Source of the DNA: Bacteroidia bacterium
GTDB lineage: Bacteria; Bacteroidota; Bacteroidia; J057; JANRLA01
DNA length: 64,000 nt
Reading direction: 5' to 3'
Assembly (NCBI GenBank): GCA_033763015.1
Contig: JANRLA010000128.1
Location: 1,562 to 65,561 of the forward strand
A program made the position numbers and the translations under genes. Under the pieces are notes generated by a model, which worked only from the letters and a program-made list of their open reading frames with translations, did no database searches and was not told the origin of the DNA. The stretch's first letter is position 1; every line of letters starts with the position of its first letter. Below are positions 18,600-29,264 of the stretch, piece by piece.

Positions 18600-19262
18600 A
18601 TGCCCGGCTACACCCTCGCCCCCAGCATCCTCTCGGCCGATTTTGCCAACCTACAGGCGGCCCTGGGCCTCATCAACCGCTCGGCAGCCGACTGGGTGCA
18701 CTGCGACGTGATGGACGGCCACTTTGTGCCCAACCTCACCTTCGGCATGCCGGTGCTGCGCGCCCTGCGGCCCCACACGCCCAAGCCCCTCGACGTCCAC
18801 CTCATGATCGAGGCCCCCGAGCGCTACATCGATGCGTTCGCCGACGCCGGGGCCGATATCCTCACCGTCCACTACGAGGTGAGCCCCCACCTGCACCGCA
18901 CCCTGGCCGCCATCCGCGCCCGCGGCATGCGCCCCGGCATCAGCCTCAACCCCAGCACACCCGTCGAGGTGCTTACCGACATACTGCCGGCAGCCGACCT
19001 GGTGCTCATCATGAGCGTCAACCCCGGCTTTGGCGGCCAGCAGTTCATCGAGCAGACCTACAGCAAGCTGCGCCGCCTGCGCGCCCTGGCCGATGCCCTG
19101 AACCCCGGGCTGGTCATTGAGGTCGACGGCGGGGTTACGCTCGCCAACGCCGGGGCGCTCCTAGCCGCCGGGGCCACTGCCCTGGTGGCAGGCAACGCCA
19201 TCTTTGGCACACCCGACCCCGTGGCCACCATCGGCCAGTTCAAGGCCATTGGGCCTGAATAG
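18600..19262 (+). CDS. rpe: Ribulose-phosphate 3-epimerase
   Basis: LAPSILSADFANL, HCDVMDGHFVPNLTFG, DVHLM, MSVNPGFGGQ. Confidence 0.92.
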   Translation: MPGYTLAPSILSADFANLQAALGLINRSAADWVHCDVMDGHFVPNLTFGMPVLRALRPHTPKPLDVHLMIEAPERYIDAFADAGADILTVHYEVSPHLHRTLAAIRARGMRPGISLNPSTPVEVLTDILPAADLVLIMSVNPGFGGQQFIEQTYSKLRRLRALADALNPGLVIEVDGGVTLANAGALLAAGATALVAGNAIFGTPDPVATIGQFKAIGPE

Positions 19263-19265
19263 AGG

Positions 19266-20048
19266 CTACCAGACCAGCTTTTCTTTGTTCAAGAAGGCCG
19301 TGATGCCGGCCTTGCACTCGTCGGTCATGCGGGCGTGGGCGTTCATCTTGGCCGCGAAGGTGAGGGCATCTTTCAGGGGCATGTCCTGCACGTCGGCCAG
19401 TAGGCGCTTGGTGAAGTCGAGGCTGCCGCCGGCGTTTTCCTGGCAGAGCTTTTCGGCAAAGAGCTGGGTGTGGCGCTCCAGCGTTTCGGGGGGCACAATC
19501 TGGGTGATGAGGCCCAGCTTGCAGGCCTCGGGCGCATCAATGAGGTCGCCGGTGAGCAGTAGCCGCCGGGCATGGGCTTCGCCGATTTTGCGCACCAGGA
19601 AGACCGACACCAGCGCGGGCAAGAAGCCAATCTTTACCTCAGTGTAGCCAAACCGGGCCTCGGGCACGCAGAACGCGAAGTCGCATACCGTTACCAGCCC
19701 GCAGCCGCCCGCAATGGCCGCCCCGCCCACCTGGGCGATGACCACTTTGGGGTGCCGGTAGATGGCCAGGTACAGCTCCATGAGGTGGGTGCTGTCGGCC
19801 AGGTTGTCGGCCAGCGTGTACTCCTGCAGCTTCTGTAGGAACTCGAGGTCGGCCCCGGCGCTGAACACCGTGCCGTTGGCCCGTAAGACGATGACCTTCA
19901 CGGCGGGGTCGGCTGCAAACTGCGCCAGGGCGTCTTTCAGCTCGCTGACGGTGGGGTAGTTCAGCGCGTTACGCTTCTCGGGCCGGTTGAGCGTGATGTA
20001 CCCGATGCGTTCGCGGGTTTCGGTGAGGATGTACTTGTACGCCTGCAT
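19266..20048 (-). CDS. Enoyl-CoA hydratase/isomerase (crotonase) family protein
   Basis: ITLNRPEKRNAL, VFSAGADLEF, GGAAIAGGCGL. Confidence 0.88.
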   Translation of the reverse strand: MQAYKYILTETRERIGYITLNRPEKRNALNYPTVSELKDALAQFAADPAVKVIVLRANGTVFSAGADLEFLQKLQEYTLADNLADSTHLMELYLAIYRHPKVVIAQVGGAAIAGGCGLVTVCDFAFCVPEARFGYTEVKIGFLPALVSVFLVRKIGEAHARRLLLTGDLIDAPEACKLGLITQIVPPETLERHTQLFAEKLCQENAGGSLDFTKRLLADVQDMPLKDALTFAAKMNAHARMTDECKAGITAFLNKEKLVW

Positions 20049-20087
20049 ACCCAGAGAAAAAGCTTAGCCCCACAAGATGCACCCATT

Positions 20088-21584
20088 TCACGCGATCTGT
20101 AGCACCTCGGGCCCGCGCCCGCGGCGGTAGTACAGCCACAGGCCCAGGCCCACCAGGGCAGCCGCCCCAAGCCCGGCTTGCCAAGGTGCAACGGCTAGGC
20201 CCGTACGGTAGGCCCCCGGCCACTCCGCCACGGCCCGGTTGAGGCCCAAGAGTAGCGCCGAGCTCTGGCCTGCCAGGTACACCAACGCAGGGCCAATAAG
20301 GGGTACGCCCCCCAGCGCCAGGCACCCTACGCCCAAGAGCAGCACCAACGAGCTGAGCGGTACCGCCACGAGGTTCACCGCGAGCCCGTACGTCGAGAAG
20401 GCGCCAAAGGCCAGTAGTTGGAGGGGCAGCGTACCCAGCTGCGCCCAGCAGCCCAGCGCCAGCAGCTCGGCCGGGTAGCGCAGCCACCCCGGGCGGCCCT
20501 CCAGTGCCGTAGCCACAACGGGCATACCCAACAGGATGGCCGTCACGGCCGCGTAACTAAGCTGGAACGAGAGGCTCTCGAGCACCCAGGGGTTTACAAC
20601 TACTTGGGCTAAAAAGCTGGCGCCCAGTAGGTTAAGTGCAACTGGCTTGCGCTCAAGTAGTAACGCCCCCCAGGCCAGTACCACCACCAGCGTGGCCCGC
20701 ACCACCGAGGGGCTGCCGCCTGTAAGTGGGATGCACAGCACCAGCAGCCCAAGCCCTGCCACTGCCCGTAGGTACCAGCCCCGGCCCCGCCAGCGGCCCA
20801 AGCCCAGGCCCCAACTGAGCACATAGACCACCACCGCGATGTGCAGGCCCGACACCGCCAGCAGGTGGGCCGTGCCGCTGGTCAGGAACGCGGCCCGGTC
20901 TTCGGGCGCTAGGCCCCCGCGGTCGCCGAGTACCAGGGCCCGTAGCAGGGCGCTACTGGGCGCCGCCAGGCCCAGGTCTGCCAGCCGGGTTGCCGCACGG
21001 GTACGCAGGCCCAGCACACCGGCGGGTGGGGCCAGGGCCACGAGGCTGTCGGCCCTGAGGGTGAAAGAAAACCCCTGCCGCGCGAGGCTGGTCCGGTACG
21101 GCACGTTTCGGATGGCTCCCAGGTCGCGCAGGGTGCCCACCACCCGCAGGCGGCTGCCCTGCAGCAGGAGCCCCTCGCCGGGTAGGGCGGCGTGGTAGAG
21201 CACACCACGGGCGCTGCTGGGCACTGCGCTATGCCCGTCGGCCTGCAGGCTATCGAGCGTCAACAGGCTGTAGTAGCCGTAGGGCGTAGGGCGGGCATCC
21301 TGGGCTAGGGTCCCCCATACGGTTACGTGCGCCGCCACGGGTGGCACCACCGGTGGCTGTTGGCGCACCTGTAGGCCTACGCCTACCCCCATGGCCACTG
21401 GGCTTACCCAGGCAAAGGCCGGTAGCGCCCAGCGCTTGCGTAGGGCCAGTAGGGTTAGCAACCCACCCCCCGAAAGCCCCAGCGCCCACCCTGCCGGCAG
21501 GCAATAGCCCACCACCAGCGCCAGCGCTAGCCAGAACAGCGGGGCCTGGCTTGGCAGGGGTTTGGCACGCAGTTTGGAACTCAT
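20088..21584 (-). CDS. comEC: ComEC/Rec2 family competence membrane protein (no C-terminal metallo-beta-lactamase domain)
   Basis: Polytopic. Competence-domain motif FLTSGTAHLLAVSGLHIAVV. 498 aa. Confidence 0.8.
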   Translation of the reverse strand: MSSKLRAKPLPSQAPLFWLALALVVGYCLPAGWALGLSGGGLLTLLALRKRWALPAFAWVSPVAMGVGVGLQVRQQPPVVPPVAAHVTVWGTLAQDARPTPYGYYSLLTLDSLQADGHSAVPSSARGVLYHAALPGEGLLLQGSRLRVVGTLRDLGAIRNVPYRTSLARQGFSFTLRADSLVALAPPAGVLGLRTRAATRLADLGLAAPSSALLRALVLGDRGGLAPEDRAAFLTSGTAHLLAVSGLHIAVVVYVLSWGLGLGRWRGRGWYLRAVAGLGLLVLCIPLTGGSPSVVRATLVVVLAWGALLLERKPVALNLLGASFLAQVVVNPWVLESLSFQLSYAAVTAILLGMPVVATALEGRPGWLRYPAELLALGCWAQLGTLPLQLLAFGAFSTYGLAVNLVAVPLSSLVLLLGVGCLALGGVPLIGPALVYLAGQSSALLLGLNRAVAEWPGAYRTGLAVAPWQAGLGAAALVGLGLWLYYRRGRGPEVLQIA

Positions 21585-21697
21585 TCAACCGACACCCACA
21601 CCCCTGCCCAGGCAACCGTTTGGGTATCGCGGGGCGGGAACGTAATTTTACACGGTTACCAGCGGTTATCTTACACACCAAACTGAACTGACTGTCA

Positions 21698-22495
21698 TTG
21701 CCACCGGGTATGGATACACGCACACGTGGGTCGGGTAAGGTTACTTCGGGTATACGCCGGCTGGCCCTGGGGGTTGTGGTGGGGTGTGCACTGGCCACCT
21801 CTTCACTGCACGGTCAGAAGCTTTCGTTCGCGCGCACCTTCGACAACATCGGCTCGCTGGTCGATGTCAGCAAAGAGTTTAAGTACCAGCCGCCCCAGCA
21901 GCTCATCGCCGTCAAGTTCACCGGCCGTGGCGAGCTGCCCATCGATACGCTGTACGTGATCGTAAAAGACATCAATGGGGTAGCCGGGCGCTTTTACATG
22001 CAGCGCAGCAAGCGCAACCCCTCTGAGGCCAACGCGGTCATCAAAATCAAAACCGATGGCATCTACCGGGTGTACGTCTACAACCCGGCACGGCGTGTGC
22101 GCCCCATCTCGCACGGCATTGTATACCTGACCAGCGCCAGTTACCCTACCAAAGAGGCGCTTCTGGAGCGGCAGCGCAAAATCTTGGTGCAGCGGGGCAT
22201 TATCAAAGATGTGAACAACCCCAACGGTGCCGATCCCTTTGCCGAGGGCAACACCGGGGGTAACGACACGCCGCTTGACCAGTCTATTGACGACGAGTTT
22301 GCCGATGCAGGGCTTTCGCTTGAAGACGACATCGAGGGCGATTTTGCCGACGACCTGGCCGATTTTGACGAAGAGTCTATTGGCGAGGACGACCTGGAGG
22401 CCGATATCCTGCCCGAAGACTTTGCCGGCGAGTTTGAATCGTTTGATGATTTGGACGAAGAATTCGACCTCGAATTCAACATCGAAGATTTTTAG
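21698..22495 (+). CDS. Hypothetical secreted protein with extremely acidic C-terminal tail
   Basis: Signal-like LALGVVVGCALATSSLHG. The C-terminal ~80 aa are almost entirely D/E/F/L (DDEFADAGLSLEDDIEGDFADDLADFDEE...). Start codon uncertain. Confidence 0.5.
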   Translation: MPPGMDTRTRGSGKVTSGIRRLALGVVVGCALATSSLHGQKLSFARTFDNIGSLVDVSKEFKYQPPQQLIAVKFTGRGELPIDTLYVIVKDINGVAGRFYMQRSKRNPSEANAVIKIKTDGIYRVYVYNPARRVRPISHGIVYLTSASYPTKEALLERQRKILVQRGIIKDVNNPNGADPFAEGNTGGNDTPLDQSIDDEFADAGLSLEDDIEGDFADDLADFDEESIGEDDLEADILPEDFAGEFESFDDLDEEFDLEFNIEDF

Positions 22496-22510
22496 CCCCC
22501 TTCAGAGCGC

Positions 22511-23227
22511 CTAGCGCTTCGGCAGCACTGCGCTGAACACGTCGCGCACCAGGCCTTCGGCCTTCCCGACCGGGTCTTTCCGTATCGCAGCTTCTTGGCG
22601 ACCAAGCGTCGCAAAAAAGCCCTCCAGCGCCTTCCCAACTACGTACTCGCCAATGTCGGTCGGCAGGGGTTTACCCGAGGCCGTTAGAAAACTGAAGCGG
22701 TTGTAGGTCGTGGCGAACTTCTGCCAGCTCTGCTGTAGCCCCACGGCCTGCATTTGCTGCGCGACCACAGGGCGGTACAGTGCCAGAAGCTGGTCTTGTG
22801 TGCGGCTTTGCAGCAGCCGGGTAGCGGCCACCGAGTCGCCCTGTAAAATGGTAAGCCCGTCGGCAATGGTTAGGCCCTTAATGGCCTCCAGGAAGATGGT
22901 ACGGGTTTGGCCCTGGGCTGCCGCAGCCTCTGCGGCCCGGTTCATTTTCAGAAGCACATCGTCTACCACGGCCCGGCCGGTACGCCCGCCTTTGGTGCGC
23001 AGCAGCTCGGCGGCGGCCTGGGCTTCGGGCGGCAGCAGGATTTTCACCAGTGCATCGCTGAAATAGCCGTCTTTGGCACCCAGTTGGCCCGCGGTACGGT
23101 TCGTGGCCAGCTCCAGCGCGCCGCGCAGGGCATCGGTGGTTTGGCTTTGGCTAAAGTTGAACTGTGCCTGGGCAGCCACGGCTACGCTCAGTGCGGCAAC
23201 TACCCCAGCAAACCGAAACCCGCGCAT
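22511..23227 (-). CDS. DUF4197-like secreted protein
   Basis: Signal peptide. TDALRGALELATNRTAGQLGAKDGYFSDALVKILLPPEA matches my recollection of the DUF4197 signature. Confidence 0.6.
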   Translation of the reverse strand: MRGFRFAGVVAALSVAVAAQAQFNFSQSQTTDALRGALELATNRTAGQLGAKDGYFSDALVKILLPPEAQAAAELLRTKGGRTGRAVVDDVLLKMNRAAEAAAAQGQTRTIFLEAIKGLTIADGLTILQGDSVAATRLLQSRTQDQLLALYRPVVAQQMQAVGLQQSWQKFATTYNRFSFLTASGKPLPTDIGEYVVGKALEGFFATLGRQEAAIRKDPVGKAEGLVRDVFSAVLPKR

Positions 23228-23230
23228 GGC

Positions 23231-23896
23231 CTAGTCGATGAGCCGTTGTTGGATGGCAAACCGTACGAGCCCGGCTGTGTTTTTCACGCCCAGCTTTTGC
23301 AGTAGGTTCCGGCGGTGGGTATCGACTGTGCGCAGGGAAATCGAGAGCTTGTCGGCGATCTCCTGGTTCGTCATCTCGCTGGCGATGAGCTTGATGATCT
23401 CTTCCTCCCGTTTGGTGAGCTGCACGTTGTCGCGCGGGCCGCGGTCTTTCTTGCCATCGCCCGCGATGTAGTTCATCATCATGGCGTAGCTCACTTCGCT
23501 GCTGAAGTACTTTTCGCCGGTGGCCACTTTTTTGATGGCCATAACCAGCTCCTGCTTGCCGGCGTTCTTGAGCATATAGCCGTGGGCCCCAGCCTGGAGC
23601 ATTTTCGAGATGTACTCCACCTCGTCGTGCATCGAGAGGCTGAGCACGGGCAGGTCGGGGAATTCCTCGCTGATGATCCGCGTGGCCTCAATGCCACTCA
23701 TTTCTGGCATCCGCACGTCCATCACCACAACATCCGGCTTGAGCTCGCCCGCCCGGATGAGGTCTAGGGCCTCCTTGCCGTTGTCGGCTTCGTCAACTAC
23801 CTGAATCTCAGCCACGTCGTCCAGCAGTGCCCGGATCCCGTCGCGGATCATCTTATGGTCATCAACCAGTAGTACACGTATAGGGGTGGTTGCCAT
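23231..23896 (-). CDS. NarL/LuxR-family response regulator (no adjacent histidine kinase)
   Basis: REC domain (VLLVDDH, VVVMDVRMPEMSG). C-terminal LuxR HTH (LTKREEEIIKLIASEMTNQEIADKLSISLRTVDTHRRNLLQKLG). Confidence 0.9.
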   Translation of the reverse strand: MATTPIRVLLVDDHKMIRDGIRALLDDVAEIQVVDEADNGKEALDLIRAGELKPDVVVMDVRMPEMSGIEATRIISEEFPDLPVLSLSMHDEVEYISKMLQAGAHGYMLKNAGKQELVMAIKKVATGEKYFSSEVSYAMMMNYIAGDGKKDRGPRDNVQLTKREEEIIKLIASEMTNQEIADKLSISLRTVDTHRRNLLQKLGVKNTAGLVRFAIQQRLID

Positions 23897-23963
23897 AGGC
23901 TACGGAGAGAAGTCTCCGTAAAACTACGTACAATTACCTAATAGCAAACGCCTTGCTTTGCGC

Positions 23964-26582
23964 CTACGCCACGGGTTCCAGGCCCAGGGTGCGCTCAAAG
24001 ACCAGGTCGTTGCCCAAGAGGTCTACCTCGATCGCCTCGGCGCCTTCCAGTAGGCCGCCCAGCAGCTGTTTCGAGAGCTCGTTTACCACCTTGCGCTGCA
24101 AAACCCGTTTGAGCGGTCGGGCCCCAAACTGGGGGTCGTAGCCGAGCTGGCCCAGCCAGTCCAGCGCCGCGTCGGTAAAGTGCAGTTTGAGCCCCTGCTG
24201 GGCCAAGAGCGCCGTGAGTTGGCGAGTCTGCAGCTCGACGATGGCCCGGATTTCGGTGCGCGTAAGGGGCGTAAACATGATCACCTCGTCGATACGGTTC
24301 AAAAACTCGGGCCGAAGCTGCTGCTTGAGCTGATCGAAGATCTCCAGTTTGGTGCGGGCCAGCAGTTCGTCGCGGTTCTCGTCCGTCAGGCCCTCCATCC
24401 GCTGCTGGATGAGGTGCGCCCCGATGTTGCTCGTCATGATGACCAGCGTGTTGCGGAAGTTGGCCACCCGGCCCTTGTTGTCGGTCAGCCGCCCATCGTC
24501 GAGCACCTGCAAGAGCGTGTTGAACACATCGGGGTGTGCTTTTTCAATCTCGTCGAGCAGTACCACGCTGTAGGGCCGCCGGCGGATGGCCTCGGTGAGC
24601 TGGCCGCCTTCGTCGTAGCCCACGTAGCCCGGGGGCGCCCCAATGAGCCGCGAGACGGCGTGCTTCTCCTGGTACTCGCTCATGTCGATGCGCACCAGGG
24701 CATTCTCGTCATTGAACAGGTAGTCGGCCAGGGCTTTGGCCAGCTCGGTTTTGCCGACCCCCGTCGAGCCGATAAAGATGAACGAACCGATGGGCCGACG
24801 TGGGTCTTGCAGCCCGGCGCGTGACCGGCGGATGGCATTCGATACGGCCTCGATGGCTTCGCTTTGGCCCACGACACGCGTGTGGAGCTCCTGCTCCATC
24901 CTGAGCAGCTTGCTGCGCTCGCTCTCGAGCATCTTCTGCACAGGGATGCCCGTCCACTTGGCGACAATCTCGGCGATGTTTTCGCTGTCCACCTCTTCGC
25001 GCAGCAGGCGCCGCTCGGCGCTGATAGTGCCCAGCTCGGCCTGTAGCCCTCGGATGCGCTTTTCCTGCTCAATGATCTGCCCGTACCGGATCTCGGCCGC
25101 GCGGCCCCATTCGGCGTTGCGCTCGGCGATTTCGGCCTCAATGCGCCCCTGCTCGATGGCCTCGTTGGCCTCGCGGATTTGCTTGATGAGGTCGCGTTCG
25201 CTTTCGTACTGGGCCTTGAGCACGTTGCGCTGGTCGGTCAGGTTGGCAATCTGCTGCGTGAGCTCGTCCACTTTGGCCTCCTGCTTTTCGCGGCGGATGG
25301 CCTCGCGCTCGATCTCCAGGGTGCGGATGCGCCGTTCGAGTTCATCGAGTTCTTCAGGCAGCGAGTCGATTTCCATGCGCAGCTTGGCCGCGGCCTCGTC
25401 CACCAGGTCAATGGCTTTGTCGGGCAGGTACCGGTCGGCGATGTAGCGCTGCGAGAGCTCAACGGCCGCAATCAGGGCCCGGTCGGTGATCTTCACCCCG
25501 TGGTGCACCTCGTACTTTTCTTTTAGGCCCCTAAGGATCGAGATGGCGTCTTCGGTATCGGGCTCGTCGATGTAGATCGACTGGAAGCGCCGTTCGAGCG
25601 CCTTGTCTTTCTCAATGTACTTCTGGTACTCTTCCAGGGTCGTGGCCCCAATGGCCCGCAGCTCGCCGCGCGCCAGGGCCGGTTTCAGGATGTTGGCCGC
25701 GTCCATGGCCCCATCGGTGCGCCCGGCCCCGACCAGGGTGTGGATTTCGTCGATGAACAGGATGATCTCGCCCCCGGCCTGCACAACTTCCTTGACCACG
25801 GCCTTGAGCCGCTCTTCAAAGTCGCCGCGGTACTTGGCCCCGGCCAACAGGGCCCCCATGTCCAACGACACCAGGGTTTTGCTCTTCAGGTTTTCGGGCA
25901 CATCGCCTTTCACGATCCGGTGGGCAATGCCCTCGGCAATGGCCGTTTTGCCCACCCCCGGCTCGCCAATGAGGATGGGGTTGTTCTTCGAGCGGCGGGA
26001 GAGGATCTGGAGCACCCGCCGGATTTCATCGTCGCGGCCAATGACCGGGTCCAGCTTGCCCTCCCGCGCCAGGTCGGTCAGGTCTATTGAGAAGCGGCGC
26101 AGGGCGTTGTAGCGGGTCTCGGCGTTGGGGTCGTCTACCCGTGCGCCGCCCCGCAGCTCGCCAATGGCCTGGGCGAGGTGTTTTTCGTTTACCCCTTGGT
26201 CTTTGAGTAGCTGCGCCACCTTGCCCCCGGCCTTAAGCAGGCCCACGAGCAGGTGCTCAAGGCTCACAAACTCGTCTTTGCGAGCGGCGGCCTCCTGGTT
26301 GGCGGCCTCGACCACACGGTAAGTTTCGCTGCCCAGGTACTGCCCGCCCGTAGCGCCGCTCACGCGGGCGAACCCGGCAATCAGCCCATCGAGCTTTTCG
26401 GAGACGTAGTCAAGGTTTACGTTGAGCTTCTTGAGCACGTAGGGCACCACGCTCTCATCGGTCTGGAGCAGCGCCTTGAGCAGGTGGGGCGGCTCAACGG
26501 CCTGCTGGCCGTTACTACGGGCCAGCTCGGCGGCGGCCTGCACGGCCTCCTGCGCCTTGATGGTGAGGTTGTTCAGGTTCAT
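23964..26582 (-). CDS. clpB: ClpB disaggregase (AAA+ chaperone)
   Basis: 872 aa. Two Walker A motifs ([16 protein letters not shown]). Long coiled-coil M-domain and Clp N-domain. Confidence 0.95.
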   Translation of the reverse strand: MNLNNLTIKAQEAVQAAAELARSNGQQAVEPPHLLKALLQTDESVVPYVLKKLNVNLDYVSEKLDGLIAGFARVSGATGGQYLGSETYRVVEAANQEAAARKDEFVSLEHLLVGLLKAGGKVAQLLKDQGVNEKHLAQAIGELRGGARVDDPNAETRYNALRRFSIDLTDLAREGKLDPVIGRDDEIRRVLQILSRRSKNNPILIGEPGVGKTAIAEGIAHRIVKGDVPENLKSKTLVSLDMGALLAGAKYRGDFEERLKAVVKEVVQAGGEIILFIDEIHTLVGAGRTDGAMDAANILKPALARGELRAIGATTLEEYQKYIEKDKALERRFQSIYIDEPDTEDAISILRGLKEKYEVHHGVKITDRALIAAVELSQRYIADRYLPDKAIDLVDEAAAKLRMEIDSLPEELDELERRIRTLEIEREAIRREKQEAKVDELTQQIANLTDQRNVLKAQYESERDLIKQIREANEAIEQGRIEAEIAERNAEWGRAAEIRYGQIIEQEKRIRGLQAELGTISAERRLLREEVDSENIAEIVAKWTGIPVQKMLESERSKLLRMEQELHTRVVGQSEAIEAVSNAIRRSRAGLQDPRRPIGSFIFIGSTGVGKTELAKALADYLFNDENALVRIDMSEYQEKHAVSRLIGAPPGYVGYDEGGQLTEAIRRRPYSVVLLDEIEKAHPDVFNTLLQVLDDGRLTDNKGRVANFRNTLVIMTSNIGAHLIQQRMEGLTDENRDELLARTKLEIFDQLKQQLRPEFLNRIDEVIMFTPLTRTEIRAIVELQTRQLTALLAQQGLKLHFTDAALDWLGQLGYDPQFGARPLKRVLQRKVVNELSKQLLGGLLEGAEAIEVDLLGNDLVFERTLGLEPVA

Positions 26583-26632
26583 ACGCCCTATGAACCTACC
26601 AAAAACGCGCTAACCCCGCCCACAATGCACAA

Positions 26633-26674
26633 CTGGCAGCCCCCTCACGCCAGAGCGACGTAGGGGGCTGCCAG
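26633..26674. other. Perfect 13-bp stem-loop between lipoprotein gene and clpB
   Basis: CTGGCAGCCCCCT-16 nt-AGGGGGCTGCCAG. It lies 80 nt after the upstream minus-strand stop and 50 nt before the clpB start. Possible terminator for the upstream gene or a clpB 5' element; no clear T-run. Confidence 0.4.
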
Positions 26675-26754
26675 TGCGGCTGTTTGTATAGAAGAGCTGG
26701 CAGTTAAACTCCGCCGAGGATGACAGGTTTGCCTGCTTTTGAGGAGTAATTGGC

Positions 26755-27333
26755 CTAGCGAATCTCAGTCCAGGTGAAGGTAGTACCCGACTTCACTACG
26801 CGTACTTTGGCTACCATGGGCGCATCGCTGGTATCGAACAAGTCTTCGTCGAGGTCAGCCCTGCGGATGGTTCCCGTAATAGAGCCCAATTCAGTGGAGG
26901 ACTTCGGCTTGGCGGAAGCGGCTATGATTTCGTCGCTGTATTCATCCAAGCTCAGGGTCCAATTCACTTCGGCTACACCTGACTGAAGTTCGTAGGTCAT
27001 AATGTAGAATGTGTATACCCCATCTTCTTCGCTGACCGGAAACTCGATCGCTTCTAAGCCTGAACTTGATTCGTCGGCAGACACAACACCGCTAGGGAAG
27101 TTGTTGTACGAGTAACCTGTTTCAGGCTCGCCGGCCACCAGAAAAATATCAAGGTCTGTGTCATCAGGTTCGGTATTGCTCCCGTCCCAACTGACATTAC
27201 CCACAATGCCACTCAGCGATGTGGTAATGGTCACTTCCTGTACTGGGGTAGGCTCGTCGTCGTCTTTGCAACCGGTGACAACAACAAGCGCTACTAGTGC
27301 CGATAAGAATGGGGTGTAAGGCAGTCTTTTCAT
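26755..27333 (-). CDS. Hypothetical lipoprotein (lower G+C than surroundings)
   Basis: Start at MKRLPY. Lipobox LVVVTGC followed by KDDDEPTP. About 48% G+C in one sampled line. Confidence 0.6.
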   Translation of the reverse strand: MKRLPYTPFLSALVALVVVTGCKDDDEPTPVQEVTITTSLSGIVGNVSWDGSNTEPDDTDLDIFLVAGEPETGYSYNNFPSGVVSADESSSGLEAIEFPVSEEDGVYTFYIMTYELQSGVAEVNWTLSLDEYSDEIIAASAKPKSSTELGSITGTIRRADLDEDLFDTSDAPMVAKVRVVKSGTTFTWTEIR

Positions 27334-27435
27334 AGAGATTTGGATGGGCTGCAAATGTAGGATAACGCCCAGCTTGCGTTGAAGCGGACCCTCTGCTTAA
27401 CCAAAATACAATACGAGAAGAGCCAACAGGTTGAC

Positions 27436-29139
27436 TTACCGCCCGTCGGGGCAACCGTTGTGTTCGGGCAGGCCGGGGTCGTTGGGGCACTTGTCCAGGC
27501 TGTCGGGTACGTGGTCGCCGTCGGTGTCGGGGGCCCCGTTGTGCTCCCAGCTGCCGGGGGCTTTGTCGTCGGTGTCGTAGCGGTTGCTCACCCCGTCGTT
27601 GTCGCGGTCGTGCACTTGTTTGTACCCAATGCCGATACGGAAGCCAAAGTACCCGTCGAGGTTGTAGATGGCCCCATCGCTAAAGAGCAGCGTACCCAGC
27701 AGGCTGTTCGAGCCCACCACCACCGGGCCCACGCGCACCGATACCCCGGCGGTCGTGTTGCCCAGGTTGTCGAAGAGCAGGGGCAGGCTGGCCTCGAAGA
27801 CCCGGCTCTCGTACCGTGGCACGAAGAGGTAGCTGTCGTTTACCCGCGTGGTAAACTGGTCGCTGCCCACGAGCGACTGGCGCACCAGCGCCCCGAGGTA
27901 AAAGCCCTTGTACAGGTGGTAGTCTACCTGCAGGTTGAGCGCGGTGGGTAGCTGGAGCTCGAACGACTGCCGCTCTACCGGTGGGGTATCGATCTGGGCC
28001 AGGAGCAGGTCGCGGAAGTCGTTGGCGGTCTGGGCGCTACTAAAGTTGGTCAGGTCGGTCAGGTCGGGGGCGGTAAAGGTGCCCGAGAACAGGTCGTCTT
28101 CCCACTTCACCTTACCAATGTCGGTGATGGCTAGGCCCACCCGTAGCTTGTACATAGGCTCGCCCTGGGGCAGCTGGTTGCGCTTGCCATCGAGGTTGTA
28201 CTGGTAGTCGATGAGTCTTGGGCGCCACTCGTACACGAACCCTACGTCGTAGCCGAGGCTTGGCAGGGCGTTTTGGCCGAACTGCGAGGCCAGCTCCTCG
28301 AGCTGGAAGTCTTGGCTGTACGAGATGTTGAAGTTGCTGCCAGGCCTGAGCAGTAGGAGGTCTTTGTTCGCTACGGCGATGGCCAGGTCGTCGGCCCCAA
28401 ACGCGGCCGAGGCCACGCCCTGGATGTACTTCACGCGCCCGCTGGCGATGAGCGCGTGGGGCCCTCGCTCGAGCACCGTGTGGGCATAGCTCAGGCTGTA
28501 CTCGGCGAAGCCCAGCGAGCGCAGGGTGCCGCCACTGGTCTCGATGTAGTTCAGTTCGTCAACCGAAGGTGAGACGATGGGGTTGCCCCCGGCATCAATG
28601 GTGACAGTAACAGGCGAATAGATGGCATTGGCTTCGGGGCTGCCGGGCTCGAAGTCGAACTGGCCCAAGAAGGCCTTCAAAAACAGGGCATCGGCATCCT
28701 GCAGCGCATAGAGCACCCGCCCCCGGCCCGAAAAACCCAGCGCGCCGCGCTTGCCCACGCGGGTTTGCACCGAGATGCCAGAATTGAGGCTGGCGTAGAC
28801 GTTGCGGCGACCGCCTTCTTCCCAGTTTTCTTCCCAGTACTGCTCGTAAATGGGCCGACCGTTGGCGTCTTCGCCGGTGAAATTGAAGGCATCGCCCAGG
28901 TTGCTGAAGCCCTCGCGCCGGAAGCCAAAGTAGTCGTTGGCCAGGCTAAAACTGCCCGTAAGCCCGATGTCGAGCCGGTAGCGGCTGCTGAGCATATAGC
29001 CCGGGTTGAGCGTAGAGCCCATTACCCCGGCGTAGTTGCTGTTGGCGTAGCCTAAAAAATCCTGGCCCAGTACCTCGAGTGGGGCCAAAAGCCCGAATGC
29101 CACCCAAAGCCTACAGGTACGGCGAAAAACGTGCTGCAT
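27436..29139 (-). CDS. Predicted outer-membrane protein with C-terminal thrombospondin type 3-like Ca-binding repeats
   Basis: Start at MQHVFRR with a signal peptide. Beta-strand-rich body with aromatic-ended segments. C-terminus DRDNDGVSNRYDTDDKAPG...DTDGDHVPDSLDKCPNDPG. Confidence 0.6.
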   Translation of the reverse strand: MQHVFRRTCRLWVAFGLLAPLEVLGQDFLGYANSNYAGVMGSTLNPGYMLSSRYRLDIGLTGSFSLANDYFGFRREGFSNLGDAFNFTGEDANGRPIYEQYWEENWEEGGRRNVYASLNSGISVQTRVGKRGALGFSGRGRVLYALQDADALFLKAFLGQFDFEPGSPEANAIYSPVTVTIDAGGNPIVSPSVDELNYIETSGGTLRSLGFAEYSLSYAHTVLERGPHALIASGRVKYIQGVASAAFGADDLAIAVANKDLLLLRPGSNFNISYSQDFQLEELASQFGQNALPSLGYDVGFVYEWRPRLIDYQYNLDGKRNQLPQGEPMYKLRVGLAITDIGKVKWEDDLFSGTFTAPDLTDLTNFSSAQTANDFRDLLLAQIDTPPVERQSFELQLPTALNLQVDYHLYKGFYLGALVRQSLVGSDQFTTRVNDSYLFVPRYESRVFEASLPLLFDNLGNTTAGVSVRVGPVVVGSNSLLGTLLFSDGAIYNLDGYFGFRIGIGYKQVHDRDNDGVSNRYDTDDKAPGSWEHNGAPDTDGDHVPDSLDKCPNDPGLPEHNGCPDGR

Positions 29140-29264
29140 ACGAATGAAACTGTGGTTACCGAAAGTACGCACACGGCGCGCGCTAGCATCGGCGGAAGCA
29201 AAAGCCGTGCAAAGAAGTGTTGCACCCGGCCCCCAGGCGCCGAAAGCCTCGCATTTTTGTGCAG

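Noticed and set aside
23901-23920. 8-bp hairpin TACGGAGA-gaag-TCTCCGTA between clpB stop and response-regulator start
   Set aside because: There is no U-run on the transcribed (minus) strand, and it lies only 5 nt from the downstream start codon. The evidence is insufficient to call it a terminator or regulatory element.
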